Origin: Perkinsus chesapeaki ATCC PRA-425
Lineage: Eukaryota; Protista; Perkinsozoa
Reading direction: 5' to 3'
DNA length: 64,000 nt
Assembly (NCBI GenBank): GCA_013115145.1
Contig: JAAPAO010000119.1
Coordinates: forward strand, 6,834 to 70,833
Shown here: positions 15,001 to 26,737 of the stretch, in pieces
How the letters are laid out: each line of letters starts with the position of its first letter
Position numbering within the stretch: position 1 is the first letter of the stretch
Notes under the pieces: model-generated
What the model was told of the DNA's origin: nothing
What the model saw: the letters and a program-made list of their open reading frames with translations, nothing else
Database searches by the model: none
Program-made: the position numbers and the translations under genes

Positions 15001-18000
15001 CCAATACAGCGTACGAGTAGTTACTGATGTTATCGGTGAAGGAATGAATTGATGAGCAGTGATCGACAGTTCACGGTTCTCGTCAGCTGTCTAGAACATA
15101 CCGACTCTGGATAGTGTGGTTGACAACGGAGCCTCGTTCCTCATCCAAGGGGCTGTTTGAGGGATTAGCCGTTGCTTCTCGCGGTGTAGATCTTGCTGAA
15201 GTTTGCTGAAGATGTTATCTGGGAGTATTGTTTCAGCACAAATTCCTCAACGGGTAACAGATCCTGGCGGTGTAGCACGCCAGTTGTCCCTTCTACTGTA
15301 TTTGTAGCCGAATGTTTGTCCTCACGCAATTTGCGTGAGGACATAAACCGTGATACCATGAGTCATGGTATCGTCGAAACACAAATGAACGCTCTTCATC
15401 AGAGTACGTGCTCATGCTTCAAGTAGATCCCCAAGATGATGAGATTTCAACTGTGTATTCGGCTGTGGACATATCAGAGGAGATGGACGTGAGTATTTAT
15501 CACATACTCAACTAGCTGAAACTTCGATGGGCAACTCCGATTACCCGAGCTAACGGGAAACTTTCAGCCTGTCACTACAGCAATTATTGAGCTATTAAGA
15601 ACACGATTTCTCGAGGTGGCGATGTGAAACCCGCGAGCTGCCGATTTATATCCTGTCAGGAGACTTAATGATATTCGATAACTTGAGATTGGTCAGTACT
15701 TTCCCACATCCCTGACGGGCTCTGTTCGATCAGTTTGGCATAATGCCTGTAATACAGTCTCTGTGTCTGAATGGTGTTTAAATGCCAGGACTAATATGTC
15801 CGTAAAATTGGACAGGAAAATTGTCTCTTGAGCGAGCCGATGGTACAGTAGTGATTTCCAACTTCAGGCGATGGATTTCCTGACTCTCTCTCAAAAGAGC
15901 TGGCTGGACTCGGAGCTGGATGATGAAAAGTACGCGTGTAATATTTGGGCGCGTGAGATTCTATATTCAGGTTTATAGACTGCGCTGGACGTAAAGTTAT
16001 CGTTATTGGTGGTGGTGACACAGCAGTTGATTGCGTGGCCACTGCTATTCGGCTCGGAGCCGAAAGTGTCCTGCAATTCTCGAGAAGGCCAGTGAGTCTG
16101 GGGTCGGCATTGTTGGCTTTAGCCCATTTATTGGAAAAGCGTTCAAGGTGAATTTGCGTCTTCCGCAAGTAGTTATATCTTGTGAAGTACCTTCTGATGG
16201 AACTCGATACGACCTGTAGAACTGTTCCCTAGTGCTGTAGTGCAAGTGCGATGAATTGACATTTTCACCGCGCATGTAGAATCTCAGCGTGAAATTGGCA
16301 GAGTGAGCAGCTACTAGGTGACTCAGTTAATCTTAACGAGAGCCAGATCTCCCAGTTAGGCCGTCATATTTTTATAGGCGAGGAAAATTTCACCTGAAAT
16401 TGCATCAAAGAATCCACAAGACTTTTTCATTTAAACGCTTCGGATGTTTTTTCGTAGTAACGCTCAGCTGTCTGTGTATCATTGTGATTGACTCGTAGGC
16501 TGGAACCAAGGCGGTAAGCCGATGGCCTTACTGGGATGAAGATGTCTATCGAGTTGAATACGCACATGAAGAGGTGAAAACCGCGGGTTCGAATCCCACA
16601 AGGGGCTTCTTATTCAGTCCGACGCTATTCATTCGCGAGACCCTCGGGAGTACGAGGTCCAGTCCAAAACGTTCGTTGGTGAAGATGGAGTTTTGAAGGG
16701 GATCCAGACAGTCCGCGTGTCCTTCGATCCAATATCGAGAACCACTAAACAAGTTGAAAGTGAGCTTTTGGAATGGGCGCTGTTGTAGCTATCTGGTATA
16801 GCCATGGTCTAGCGTGACCGAGAAGAGCGATTGATGAGGGAAGAAGGCAATTAGCTAATTGAAAGCCATTCATGGCTGAACCCTTTAACCTGTTGGGAAA
16901 TATTTTTATGCCACCTAATTATATTTGTGTATTATCTTTTGCCACCTCATTACATTTACATAAGTATGTAACAGGCACTTCTATTAAAGCCTTAATATGC
17001 GATCGGGTAGTCATGACAGGGCCCTTGTCATTACTGACCTCTGTTGAAGAGGCAGTTAAGGACGTTTCAGTATGCGTTCGATCTCCGAATGCAACTGTGA
17101 TTTTGACTGGCTCCGATAGAGGGAGCATTTCAATCTTTACGATCAACTTTTCGGGTTTTCTCAGATTCGGAGCACACCTATCCATGCGATCTGTGCCTAC
17201 TTGCCATGGGCTTCACCGGTCCCGACGAAGTACTAGACCGTGGCCAACTGCCGCGTAAGGACGGTTGTTTCGATGCTGATTATGGAACGTAAGTAGCGCT
17301 CGCCCTGGTGATCGATATTGATTCAATGAAGATACACTGTGAAAGTTGATGGGGAGGTGAGTGCGAGTCCTGAAGCTCCGGTGTTTGCGGCCGGCGACTG
17401 TAGGAGAGGCGCTAGTCTCATAGTAACCGCGTTGGCGGAGGGGAGAGATGTGGCTGCAGTGATAGACAGGTTGGTTAAAAGGGGACTGCTTAGATTTTAC
17501 CAGAAGGAACTCATTTCATGTTTCTTCCTTATGTGGGCGCATATAACATCCTTTTACTTTTCATGTCTCGGTATTGCTTTTTCGATTGCCATTAGCCTAG
17601 CGGTTGCAGTAGCAAATCGGCCAATATCGGCAAGCGACTAAAAGGGCATCACTTAACAATCCATTATTAAGGAATAATCCCACTATTTTGTTGCAAAATA
17701 GTAACACCTACCTTATCTAGTGTACAGCCCGCCACACCACGGAGTGCGTGTTAGAGGCCGGCATCCATCTCGATAAGTAGAGCGAATTTCGAGTTGAGTC
17801 TATCCCCACTGAACTCTTCATATTAGGTGGCGCACAAATCGAGCTAGCCCAGCCCCAACTCGACGAAAATATTTTTATCCGATTTACGTGTTTATAAATA
17901 ATCAATTAATTCATAAGTATTTATAAGTGATTATTTATAATACTAATTTGCGATATGGAATCATAATTTAATATTTTCAGTTACCTTACCTCAGCCTCCC

Positions 18001-18167
18001 ATGAAGGTTTCTCATCAGTTCTTCCACGCTGTGTACCCCTCTCGGCCAATCCGGCGTTGTATCGTGGCCCTAACTGGTCGCGAATGGAAAGCATACATTC
18101 GACAAAACCGCTGAATATAAGACAGCCAATTTCGTCATTGAGGAGAGCGGGATCAATCTCGAAGTAG
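1..18167 (+). CDS. GLT1: Glutamate synthase, eukaryotic fused large+small subunit type (NAD(P)H-GOGAT); multi-exon, 5' part lies outside the window
   Basis: GT-AG exons join in frame to hallmark motifs: [16 protein letters not shown] (291-398), [16 protein letters not shown] (725-855), [10 protein letters not shown] (2357-2746), [15 protein letters not shown] (from 4302), [71 protein letters not shown] (3Fe-4S), [38 protein letters not shown] linker, [58 protein letters not shown]. Last exon starts at 17981 and ends at TAG 18165-18167. Confidence 0.96.
2912..2930 (-). pseudogene. tRNA T-arm fragment (Ser/Leu-like) at the 3' end of intron 2747-2941
   Basis: Reverse complement GCACAGGTTCGAACCCCAT; identical 19-mer at 31361-31379. 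Confidence 0.55.
4174..4246 (-). tRNA. tRNA-Arg(CCT), variant copy in glutamate synthase intron 3989-4301, antisense to host
   Basis: Reverse complement GCCCTGGTGGCCTAATGGATAAGGCGCCACCCTCCTAAGGTGGAGATTCCGGGTTCGATCCCCGGGTAGGGTA folds as a cloverleaf with anticodon CCT. It has a G7:G66 mismatch and no downstream T-run, so it may be non-functional. Confidence 0.85.
4686..4711 (-). pseudogene. tRNA 3' fragment (Val-like) within the 48-nt intron 4673-4720
   Basis: Reverse complement CCCAGGTTCGAACCCCGGCGAGGACA = T-arm, 7-nt acceptor strand and discriminator A. Isotype is inferred. Confidence 0.65.
6599..6671 (-). tRNA. tRNA-Arg(CCT), intact copy filling most of the 110-nt intron 6579-6688
   Basis: Reverse complement GCCCTGCTGGCCCAATGGATAAGGCGCCACCCTCCTAAGGTGGAGATTCCGGGTTCGATCCCCGGGTAGGGTA; fully paired acceptor, anticodon and T stems, followed by a TTTTT Pol III terminator. 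Confidence 0.93.
9625..9698 (-). pseudogene. Degenerate full-length tRNA (Trp-like) at the 3' end of intron 9132-9705
   Basis: Reverse complement GGCGCAATAGCTCAATGGTAGAGCGCACGTCCAGACTTGAAAAGGTCGCGCGTTCGATTCGAACTTACGCGTG then TTTT: perfect D-arm (GCTC/GAGC), TCCAGA anticodon-like loop, TTCGATT T-loop, broken stems. Confidence 0.7.
16581..16606 (+). pseudogene. tRNA T-arm/acceptor fragment within the 44-nt intron 16574-16617
   Basis: CCGCGGGTTCGAATCCCACAAGGGGC lies between exons encoding RVEYAHEE and [12 protein letters not shown]. Confidence 0.6.
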
Positions 18168-18170
18168 AAA

Positions 18171-18196
18171 TACCTGACCCGAGGATCGAACTTGGG
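18171..18196 (-). pseudogene. tRNA 3' fragment immediately after the glutamate synthase stop codon
   Basis: Reverse complement CCCAAGTTCGATCCTCGGGTCAGGTA then TTT. Confidence 0.55.
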
Positions 18197-18621
18197 TGGT
18201 ATATGATTTGTGATCTCGAGTAGAATGTATTTTTATTATGGTTGCACTGCTCGGCATTGTCCGGCAGGCTCTTGTCTGATTTAACTGCTCAAATGTTAGA
18301 ACCGAGCTAGGCTTGATCTACTCTCTTCCAAGTTAGTGGTTTCATTTCATATCTTTCATATCCAATGCGGTATTGTGTTGGGGAGGTATCTTAAGGTCGA
18401 AGCGTGCAAGATACAAAAAGGGCCAGCCTCTATCATTGGAACTCTTCGGACTTCTTCACTTAACATCGCTTATAATGTGCATGAATTTGCAGGCCTATCT
18501 GGAGATGTAGTTCATCGGCTCGTTTCTATACAACTTGAGTTTCATAACGGTCACTTCTCAATAAAGATATTGTGGTTGATCCAATCATCCATCTTATGAA
18601 GGAATTATTTCGTCGAGTGTT

Positions 18622-19731
18622 ATGGCCAAACCTCACCTAGGAGAGACAAGCTACGGTATATTAGCTTTGAAGACGTTGACTTCGGGGATGGACACTCAAG
18701 GCGACCTGCCTCTGGAACTCCTCGATAAAATTTGGCGGTATGCCCGCGGTCAGGATTTAAACGTCTTCCCGAGTCTGGAATGCCCATTGAACGAGGCATT
18801 CAGCTATAGTAGATTCTTTGAACCAGTTGTGGACTTCCTGATCGAACCAAATAATACCACATTTCCGTCAACTCGCGATTCAAAAGGGCGGCTTATTGTG
18901 ATGTTAATGAGTGGGAGAACGCTCTATGAAGCCACAATGGATCCTTTTGGTTTGGTTCCTATCACGGTAGGCGCTTCCCAAATAGAGATGCCGGAGTTCG
19001 GCGCGATTGTGTGCGGGAAGACAGGCGACTTTTACGGTATCGGTCGAACTGGCTTACTGCGATGGCGGAAGGGAACTTCAGAAGGCTTTCAGCTTTTCCA
19101 TGATGGATTGAATGTATTCCACAGAGAAGTGAAGCTCGCGGGAAGTTACGTTGTTTGTGGCGGAGATACTTTGGTAACGATACTGGTCTTGGATCGTCCT
19201 GGAGGAAGCATTTGTGAGCCGCCTATCACGCTCAGTTTGACAGATAGACTGACGGCTTGGACCGCCTATGATGTCGCTGGGAAGCTGTGTATTGTGTGGG
19301 CCTCCGGTGAGGAGTTAAGGGTTATTGAGATGTCCAATGAAGAATGTGTCCGAAAAGTGCTGGTCAAAGCCGACTGGGTCAGGAACATTCGGAAAGATAT
19401 GCAAATCTGCCAGGACACTTTGTTGGTCGGGCTCGGCCTTGGCTCCGAAACGCTGTGTATTGCTCTCTTCGATCTTAACGCTGGTTTTGTAACTGACGTC
19501 ATTTCGCCGCCGGTCGGACTTAATAGTTTTCGCGTTGCGGAGGGTCGGCTTTATATGCATGAAAGAGCATCCCCTTTTGGAGGTAGGATTCTTTGGAAAC
19601 ATCTCACTTTCGGAAGGGTCTCGGCTCTGAAGGTTGGGCGGCGGTGGAGAGTTCCTGATGTGGGTAAGGTGCTTATTGGGGCAGCATTGAGGAGTCGACA
19701 AGGGAACTTGCCTTTACGAAGCTCCACTTAA
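18622..19731 (+). CDS. Intronless protein with N-terminal F-box-like motif and probable beta-propeller-like remainder
   Basis: Uninterrupted 369-codon ORF; LPLELLDKIWRY fits the F-box start pattern LPxE(L/I)LxxIxxY. The remainder is beta-strand-like (inference). Confidence 0.6.
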   Translation: MAKPHLGETSYGILALKTLTSGMDTQGDLPLELLDKIWRYARGQDLNVFPSLECPLNEAFSYSRFFEPVVDFLIEPNNTTFPSTRDSKGRLIVMLMSGRTLYEATMDPFGLVPITVGASQIEMPEFGAIVCGKTGDFYGIGRTGLLRWRKGTSEGFQLFHDGLNVFHREVKLAGSYVVCGGDTLVTILVLDRPGGSICEPPITLSLTDRLTAWTAYDVAGKLCIVWASGEELRVIEMSNEECVRKVLVKADWVRNIRKDMQICQDTLLVGLGLGSETLCIALFDLNAGFVTDVISPPVGLNSFRVAEGRLYMHERASPFGGRILWKHLTFGRVSALKVGRRWRVPDVGKVLIGAALRSRQGNLPLRSST

Positions 19732-21630
19732 AAGGTATGGGAAGTCGAGGAAAAAATGTCAAAGATTCCCCGAAGCATCTCTATCTCCGCACTGGGAAGA
19801 TTCTCTCGAAGATTACATTTTTGGTGGGGGACAGTAAATTGACTTTTCACTGATTGTAGCACAGACGACCTCCAGAAGGTCGATGTACTCAGTTCATTTG
19901 CATGTCACCGTACAGTACATGTTTAATCGATTGCATGATCGATTTGGTTTTCATTGTGTTAAAGTGTAGCAGTATCTTTCACCTTCCCGCGGCTCCTGTT
20001 ACCTTGGGGGAAAGAGGCATAAAGGTTATATATAACTTTTGTGTACAAATCGATTATAGGCCGTGGAGATGTCACGTGGCATCGAGCACTTTATCGTCAC
20101 TTGAGACCCCAGCCACACTTTATTAGAGCATCCTTGATGGGAGATTCCCCCAATTCGGAATGTAAAATTTCATTTTTCGGGTTCTTTTATTATTTAAAAT
20201 ATCTTCACAGTATCTTTTTGTCTGTAAATATACAGACTGGTCAAAAAAATCATTGATACAGACTGTATCAATTTGATATATAGGTAAACCTCGATAGAAA
20301 GTCTCTGACCCGCCGTTCTACGAAAAACCGGCAACAAATGTCTCTGTCCATGGGCATGTTTTGGTGGGGCTGAGTTGAGGAAAAAATCTGAAAAAAATAT
20401 TGTTATTTTTGTCTTGTGTGGATTTTTCCGGAGAATCCTCACTAATTATACTACCGGTAGAGGAAAATACGAGGCTTCGGAAAAACATGGGTCTCTGAGG
20501 AATATTCGCCATATATGTAATTTATTATCATGGTATATAATTTTAATACATTACTCTACTTCCTTGAATACCTTCATACTAGTTTTCCGTGATGACTGAG
20601 CTCCGACTCCAGCAGCTAGGACAGGCGAAGGCATTGGTAATACGGGCGGAAGGAACTTCTCACGGTATCAATTTTAATAAATATCTGACTCTACTGGTGT
20701 AATTCTAATACGCCAATACTGGATACTAGAATTTGCTTAAAGGAGTGCTGCCTGGGAAGACAGAACTTGTATATGAATAATTATAATGATACTAGGCCTT
20801 CTTGAAGAAGGGAGCTCTGCGAATGATCAGTAATTTCTGTTGGGCTGCCGCAAGTTCGATCCCCAGGCCTGTCATTTTTCTGCGTAAAAATATTTTTTGG
20901 CCCACAAACCTTCAAGATACAATCCGAACCCGCTTTTCGTATTCTTCCTAGTATCCCCAGAGTAAAAGCTATCGATTGGTGCATAGCATGTACTCATAAC
21001 ATTTCTAGATCATCGAGCTGCTGGATAATTTGCAGTTCGCACGCACGGTGTTAGTAATGTGAGAGTACACGCTCCGCTCACTTCGCTCGCGCCCCCGCTG
21101 TTGGATGGTATTAATAATCTGCACACTTCTATCCTGGCTACGGTTTGCCTGTTTGTCAAATGGGCGCCGCGTTAGGATGAAAAGTTGCTTGTAAGTAATA
21201 GTATTTCGTCTAGAGCAGACCTGCTTCATTTGATTGAGCTTCTTGGTACACAAGAAAGAGAGATTGCAGTAATTGAAAAACAAAAGGAAGTTCCCAGAAA
21301 GAATGCATTTGCGGGACTGGAATTGGGTGCTCGACGGTATGGGACAGGAGTAACACAATGTTGATAATATCTTATCACCAAATCTTGATACAGGTGATGG
21401 AAAAGATACGTGAACTAGTAATGTAGCAGGGAGTGGAAGTGCCAGTCTATATAGTACTATATTGTTGACATTCCTTATATTATATTTTATTATTATCTTT
21501 ATAGAATGCAATAGGTAATATTTATTAAAACTCATTACATTTCTATACCAGTATCCATCATATGCAGTTTCATTGAAAAGATAATTGCAATTATTATAGT
21601 ATCTTATACTTGTAATTATAATCATACGGT

Positions 21631-21808
21631 AATACTTGCAATAATACAGTAATACTTGCAATAATACAGTAATACTTGTAATAATACAGTAATACTTGCA
21701 ATAATACAGTAATACTTGTAATAATACAGTAATACTTGCAATAATACAGTAATACTCGCAATAATAAAGTAATACTTGTAATTATATAGTAATACTTGTA
21801 ATTATATA
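21631..21808. repeat. 20-bp AT-rich minisatellite, about 9 copies
   Basis: Unit AATACTTGCAATAATACAGT in tandem with few substitutions and no spacers. Confidence 0.95.
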
Positions 21809-21870
21809 AATTTATTTATCTCGCGCATTATCAGTGCTAATTTCCAAATTTTCGTGATAAGCTTCCACAG

Positions 21871-24800
21871 GTGTTCCTATTACTTGCGGTCGTCTTGGCA
21901 CTGTTGCCGATTTGGACTAAGCCAGGAATTGCCGGTGGAAAGGGAGGAGGTAGTAAAGCTGGTTTAGTCGGAAGTGATCATGCAGCGTTCTTTCTGTGAT
22001 GAGGTAGACATTGCTGAAATTGGAGAGATAAATGTGAAAATAGACAAGTGAATCATTTTGGAAATCTCAATCCCGGCTTTACTTCGTGTTGAATGTTTTT
22101 GCTAGAGCGACCTCTGCTAGTAGATTCTCCCAAAAGGATGTATCGTCGGATTGGCCGTTATAGCGCTCTTCAATGAGTTTTCATCTCCTTACTAGCGCCG
22201 GCATCACCAACAGGTTCGTAGTATGCGACCGTTTGTTAGTCGACCCTTGTAGAGGCATACTTTTCCGGGAGGTCGAAACAGAACAGGCAGCCGCAGGAGA
22301 AGTTGTGTTAGTTACCGGCGTGAGTTGTTGATTCTGAACCCATCTCGAGGCTTTCCTGTAGGGTTCGGGGTTCATAGGCTCCAACTTAGTCGAAGATTTG
22401 CTGGAATTGGACTACCGTGTGAGAGTGTTTGATAATCTCGTTACTGGTAGTAATAATAGCGGATGACGACGGGAAAGGTTTGGCTCTTATCCGATCGATC
22501 AGAGACCTCAAAGGTTACGTTGATTAAGGTGACCCTTACTTCACGTCGGTGCATTGCCTCTAACCGCCAATTGAATATAACAATTCTCTATTTAAACGAT
22601 TTATACAAACTGGTCAGTCGGATAGTGTCTCTGTCACTCGCGACTGTGGTGGAATCTGCGAAGCTTGTGGCCTGCATTGTACAGTCAATCTTCGAATTGG
22701 AGGAATCTGCTTAGCGATCGAATTCGGATATGTCAGGGAACATACAGTACCTTCCGTTGGACCACCCACGGTTGGAGTTTTACTTTGGTGATATCATGGA
22801 TAGGAAGGAGCTCTGGAAGGCTATGAAAGGAGTTACTGGAATCATTCATCTAGCAGCCGCTAGTAAGGTGAGTCGGTCCTTGGGGGTGGCATCTTATGGG
22901 TAATCCGGCAATTGAAGGGCATGAAATGTAATTAGGGTGTGATATAATTCCATGATGATAATAATTATAATAATAGTATAGCTAATCCTATACTGGCTTC
23001 TGTCTGCCTGGTGAAAGAGTGCTGCCCGAGAAAAAATAATAGTATAGAACTATTATTGGTGTTAGTAACACCAACGTTATTAATTTGGTCGTAATATCCA
23101 ATTGGTAATTGATCGAACTAATAGGTGGTTATTGCCGAGGGAATTCAACGAGGGCGATTCATTACTAAAGTTGTAGGATGCCGTGCGACGCTAAACCCCA
23201 ACTCGTGGGATTCTCGGATTTAAAGCTCAAAGATGATGACTTGTTGTCAGGTCCTACCAAGCTTGAAAAACTCTACAATGGCAACGTTCAATGTAAATGT
23301 TAATTCAGTCGGTACTGCGAATGTCCTTGAGGTGGCTCAACAATCGGGGACGGTGAGTAAATGGAGGAGCTAGTTCTGCTGTATGATGGGCTTGGTAGGA
23401 GTATATCACTTGTAAAGGTTTTTGGTTAGTTACATCTAAGGCGTTTAATATTCACTTTTCCTTCAGTTGAGTCTCTGGCATGATCGCTGTAATATGATCA
23501 TCCATGCCAGTGAACACCGAGATTGATAATGTGAACTTGCTCATAAAATACTATGACTTATTACCTATCGCGAATTGGATATAAATATTATTACTCACTT
23601 CCGTGAAAGTTGTAGTAATATCGTCATGACACGCGCTGCCATATACGCATACATTGATATGATAAGCTAAATGTCAGGTTCAAAAGGTAGTTTTCGCTGC
23701 AAGTTCGACTTACTATGGCAACCAGGATTTACCTTATCGAGAATCTGATCACTTTGCGGTGAGTTAATCGAATGCTTTCGAAGTACTAGTCGGAGCGGGC
23801 GCTCTCAGCTAAGCTTTGAATCAAAGAAGCCGTTGATTTCTGCGGTAAGTAGTCGCAGTATAACAGATACGCCGATTAAGCAAATGGAAGGCTTCTCAAC
23901 GTTCAGAGAGATTTGGCGACTTTCCTATAAAAAATTGGAGTTGGCAACTTTCCTATATAATGCTTGTATTTGGTAATCGTCTTTCATACACCTTCCGATT
24001 TTCCTGAGTATGATACTAATAAGTAGATTACTTTTCCTCAGCCCTCAAGTCCTTATAGTGCCAGCAAAGCAATGGGAGAGCTGCAAATGCAAACCTTCGA
24101 CAAGTAGCACCAAGGGCTCCTCTATAACCTTGCCGAGTGGGCAGCAAATCGACAAAAGTCCCTTAAATTGGTTTTGATGAAGTATTAATGTAAATACCCT
24201 CAGTGGTAGTGGCAGGCAAAGAAACGGACCGAGATTGCGACATTCTGTGCCGAACGCTAGATTCAGCGGCGCAACGCGTTGTGCGATTAGGGACAGTGCA
24301 GGGCGACTTGGTTTTAGTTTCCGGAGTTTAATTAGGGAGTTGTCCGCTTCTTGAAAGAAACGCACAATCGAAATTTTTTCTTTTCTGTCCATGGCCTCTC
24401 GTGGATGTAATCAATATTAGATTTTTCAAATTAGAAGATTCCACTTTCGGATTGATTATTTAATTGCCAATACTACTAGTTACGACAGCTAGAATGTTAG
24501 CTCTAGGCCAATGCATTGATGAGAAGTGATGGAAGGTTCGCGGCTCTCATCATCTATCTAGAACGTATCAATTCAGTATAGTACGATTATTCTATCAGAA
24601 ATTCCTCTATGACTCGCCTATCCGAAAAAGATACTCTTTGAATTCGCTATGTTGAATGCTTTCCTGTTTAGGATCTATAACCTCCCCACAGTATCGCTTC
24701 GCTTCTTTATGGTATATGGTCCTAGACAGCCTCGTAGTGGCGCGTATGCCATAGTAGCTGGTGTATTTGCTGGACAAAAGGAGAGAGGAGAACCTCTTAC

Positions 24801-26403
24801 TGTTGAAGGTGGAACCGATAAGCTGATGACTGGCGTCATTGTTGCCGGTGCTTATTGTGCATGAAATGAAAAGATATTATCGTCATTTGACTACTATTGA
24901 AATATTATACCGGATTGCTGTACCGCACCGATTGTAGGCACACAAGATGGAATGAGCTAACGACATGAATACACTCTATAACTTACTCAAATACGGTGTC
25001 TATCGTATGGTCGAAACAGACCTCCTAATTCTGCCTTTGATATAGAAAATGCCAGCGGGCAAGATGATTCCCATTTCATATACGAATGGCTCATTTTTAG
25101 TACGCTTAAAGGCACCAAGTCGCTTTTTACGTGTGAAAGTCCAATTTCGTTTTTCAGGTGACGGTCTCCAGTTTCGTGATTTCGTCCACGTGAAAGATAT
25201 TTCCCGAGGAATAGTTCTGGCGTACCAAAATGAGCGAGTTAGAGAAGGGCAACCGATCAATCTGGGCAGTGGGGAAGCTCGCACAGTTCAAGTGGGTAGA
25301 GGCTGAATATCTCTCGTCGACTAAAGCTCGCCAGGAACTGGCGGATTTGGTGTCATCAAATCAGCGACGATTGCCTCCTCGAAAGAACGATCTTCGAGGA
25401 ACGTTAGCTGATACTTGCCGAGCGAAGGACCTTTTGGGTAAGTATGGGAATTCGTAGCCCCTCATGCATCTGCACGTCACCGTTGTCTACGGGGCGCCGG
25501 AAGTGCTGCGGACGCTATAATTTTGCTGTTCCATCGAGCTCAGAAGAGAGTATATATACTTCTTAGCTTTGGAAACCATCTGGAATAGTTTTTACCATGT
25601 ATTAATTCAACCCGAGTACAAATTAGCCGTCCCTAAGATGGGCACTACCGAGGCGGTTTGTGCGGTACTAACATTTCTGTATTCGATTGCGAGAGCGTTT
25701 GTCTTATTAAATTCGTCTAGGAAAAGTACATATACCCTTCAATTTTGGCATCGCAAGGCGAACTACTTTGGGAGATAACTAAGAATTGGTAATTTCCTTA
25801 AGCACAGCGCACATACAATATATATGGCAACTATACCATCTCAATATATAATTAGTAGAAGCCCAGAAGGAATCGATAAAAATGAGAACATATAAGAAAA
25901 GGCTGGCTAAAATGGCTAAAAACCACTACGGGAGCGGCGGTATTACGTAGATGTATTGGCGGAGGAAATTATGATAAACTTCATTATCAATAAAGTGGCT
26001 TTCCAGTGGTGGTTGGGTGAGAAAGTTGTATGATTGAAATGAATGAATCTGACAGGTGTTTTCAAGCTCTACTAGACAGTAAATCTACTGGGAATTCTGT
26101 TATCCGTTTTAGGATGGTCCATTAGGAGGGATTTCCGGACAGAGATGGGCCGCATTGTAAAAGATACGCTTGCTGGAAAAGGCTTGTATTTAGCGAAGTG
26201 GTTTGAGAAGCCCGAGACGCTGCTGTGGCTCGAGAAAAAGATTCCTGGTGAGCTTGTTGGTTGCCATGTGAACCGAGGTGAGCTCAGGATTCGGCAAGGC
26301 CGGTCACGATGAGCGAAACTCCATTATAGCTCAGCAATTGAAGATCCACGGCAATCGCTGGTTGGGGGACGCGCCAGGCCTTGAGCGATATTTACATGAA
26401 TGA
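21871..26403 (+). CDS. NAD-dependent nucleotide-sugar epimerase/dehydratase (extended SDR) with N-terminal hydrophobic anchor; start exon not resolved
   Basis: Spliced exons give VFLLLAVVLALL, VLVTG/GSGFIGSNLV (GxxGxxG), IIHLAA, VVFAASSTYYG, SPYSASK (YxxxK), LRFFMVYGPRQ, GDGLQFRDFVHVKD, INLGSG; stop TGA 26401-26403. Confidence 0.88.
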
Positions 26404-26737
26404 TGTCTCCGTGTGGTCCCCTTCCGTGTGGTGTTTATCATGCGCATGCGTGCAACGATCTTTTGACTAGGCGACGGTCTGTATTAAAAGACTCTGGGTC
26501 GTTTGCTGTTGAGCGCCTTAAGAACGCATTCTCGTTCGAACTTGTTTCGAACTGGACTGAGCTGGATTGTTTCGGCGAGATCCAGTGGGTTTAGTCACTT
26601 CTCGGTCATCTGTGGCTCTTTGTTGATTTAACAGAGTCTGTTGTCTTTCACATTTCGGCACGAGCAGCGCAATTGACTACCCGAGCGACTTGATACTTAT
26701 TCCTTTTATACCATTCTTCTATATATATATATTTATA

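Noticed and set aside
20848-20874. tRNA-like 3' fragment CCGCAAGTTCGATCCCCAGGCCTGTCA then TTTTT
   Set aside because: The T-stem barely pairs; too weak to count, though worth including in a systematic scan.
20590-21400. Possible small spliced plus-strand gene or 5' exons of the epimerase
   Set aside because: Exon-like pieces are present, but I could not join them in a consistent frame or recognise a family.
21005-21661. 218-aa minus-strand ORF
   Set aside because: It begins in the AT-rich minisatellite, has low-complexity Y/N/I composition and overlaps plus-strand exon-like segments.
21631-21808. CRISPR-like array
   Set aside because: Repeats are directly adjacent with no unique spacers; it is a minisatellite. 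The same applies to 61461-61530 and 63906-64000.
24045-24392. 115-aa antisense ORF in an epimerase intron, possible transposon remnant
   Set aside because: No reverse transcriptase, integrase or transposase motif was recognised.
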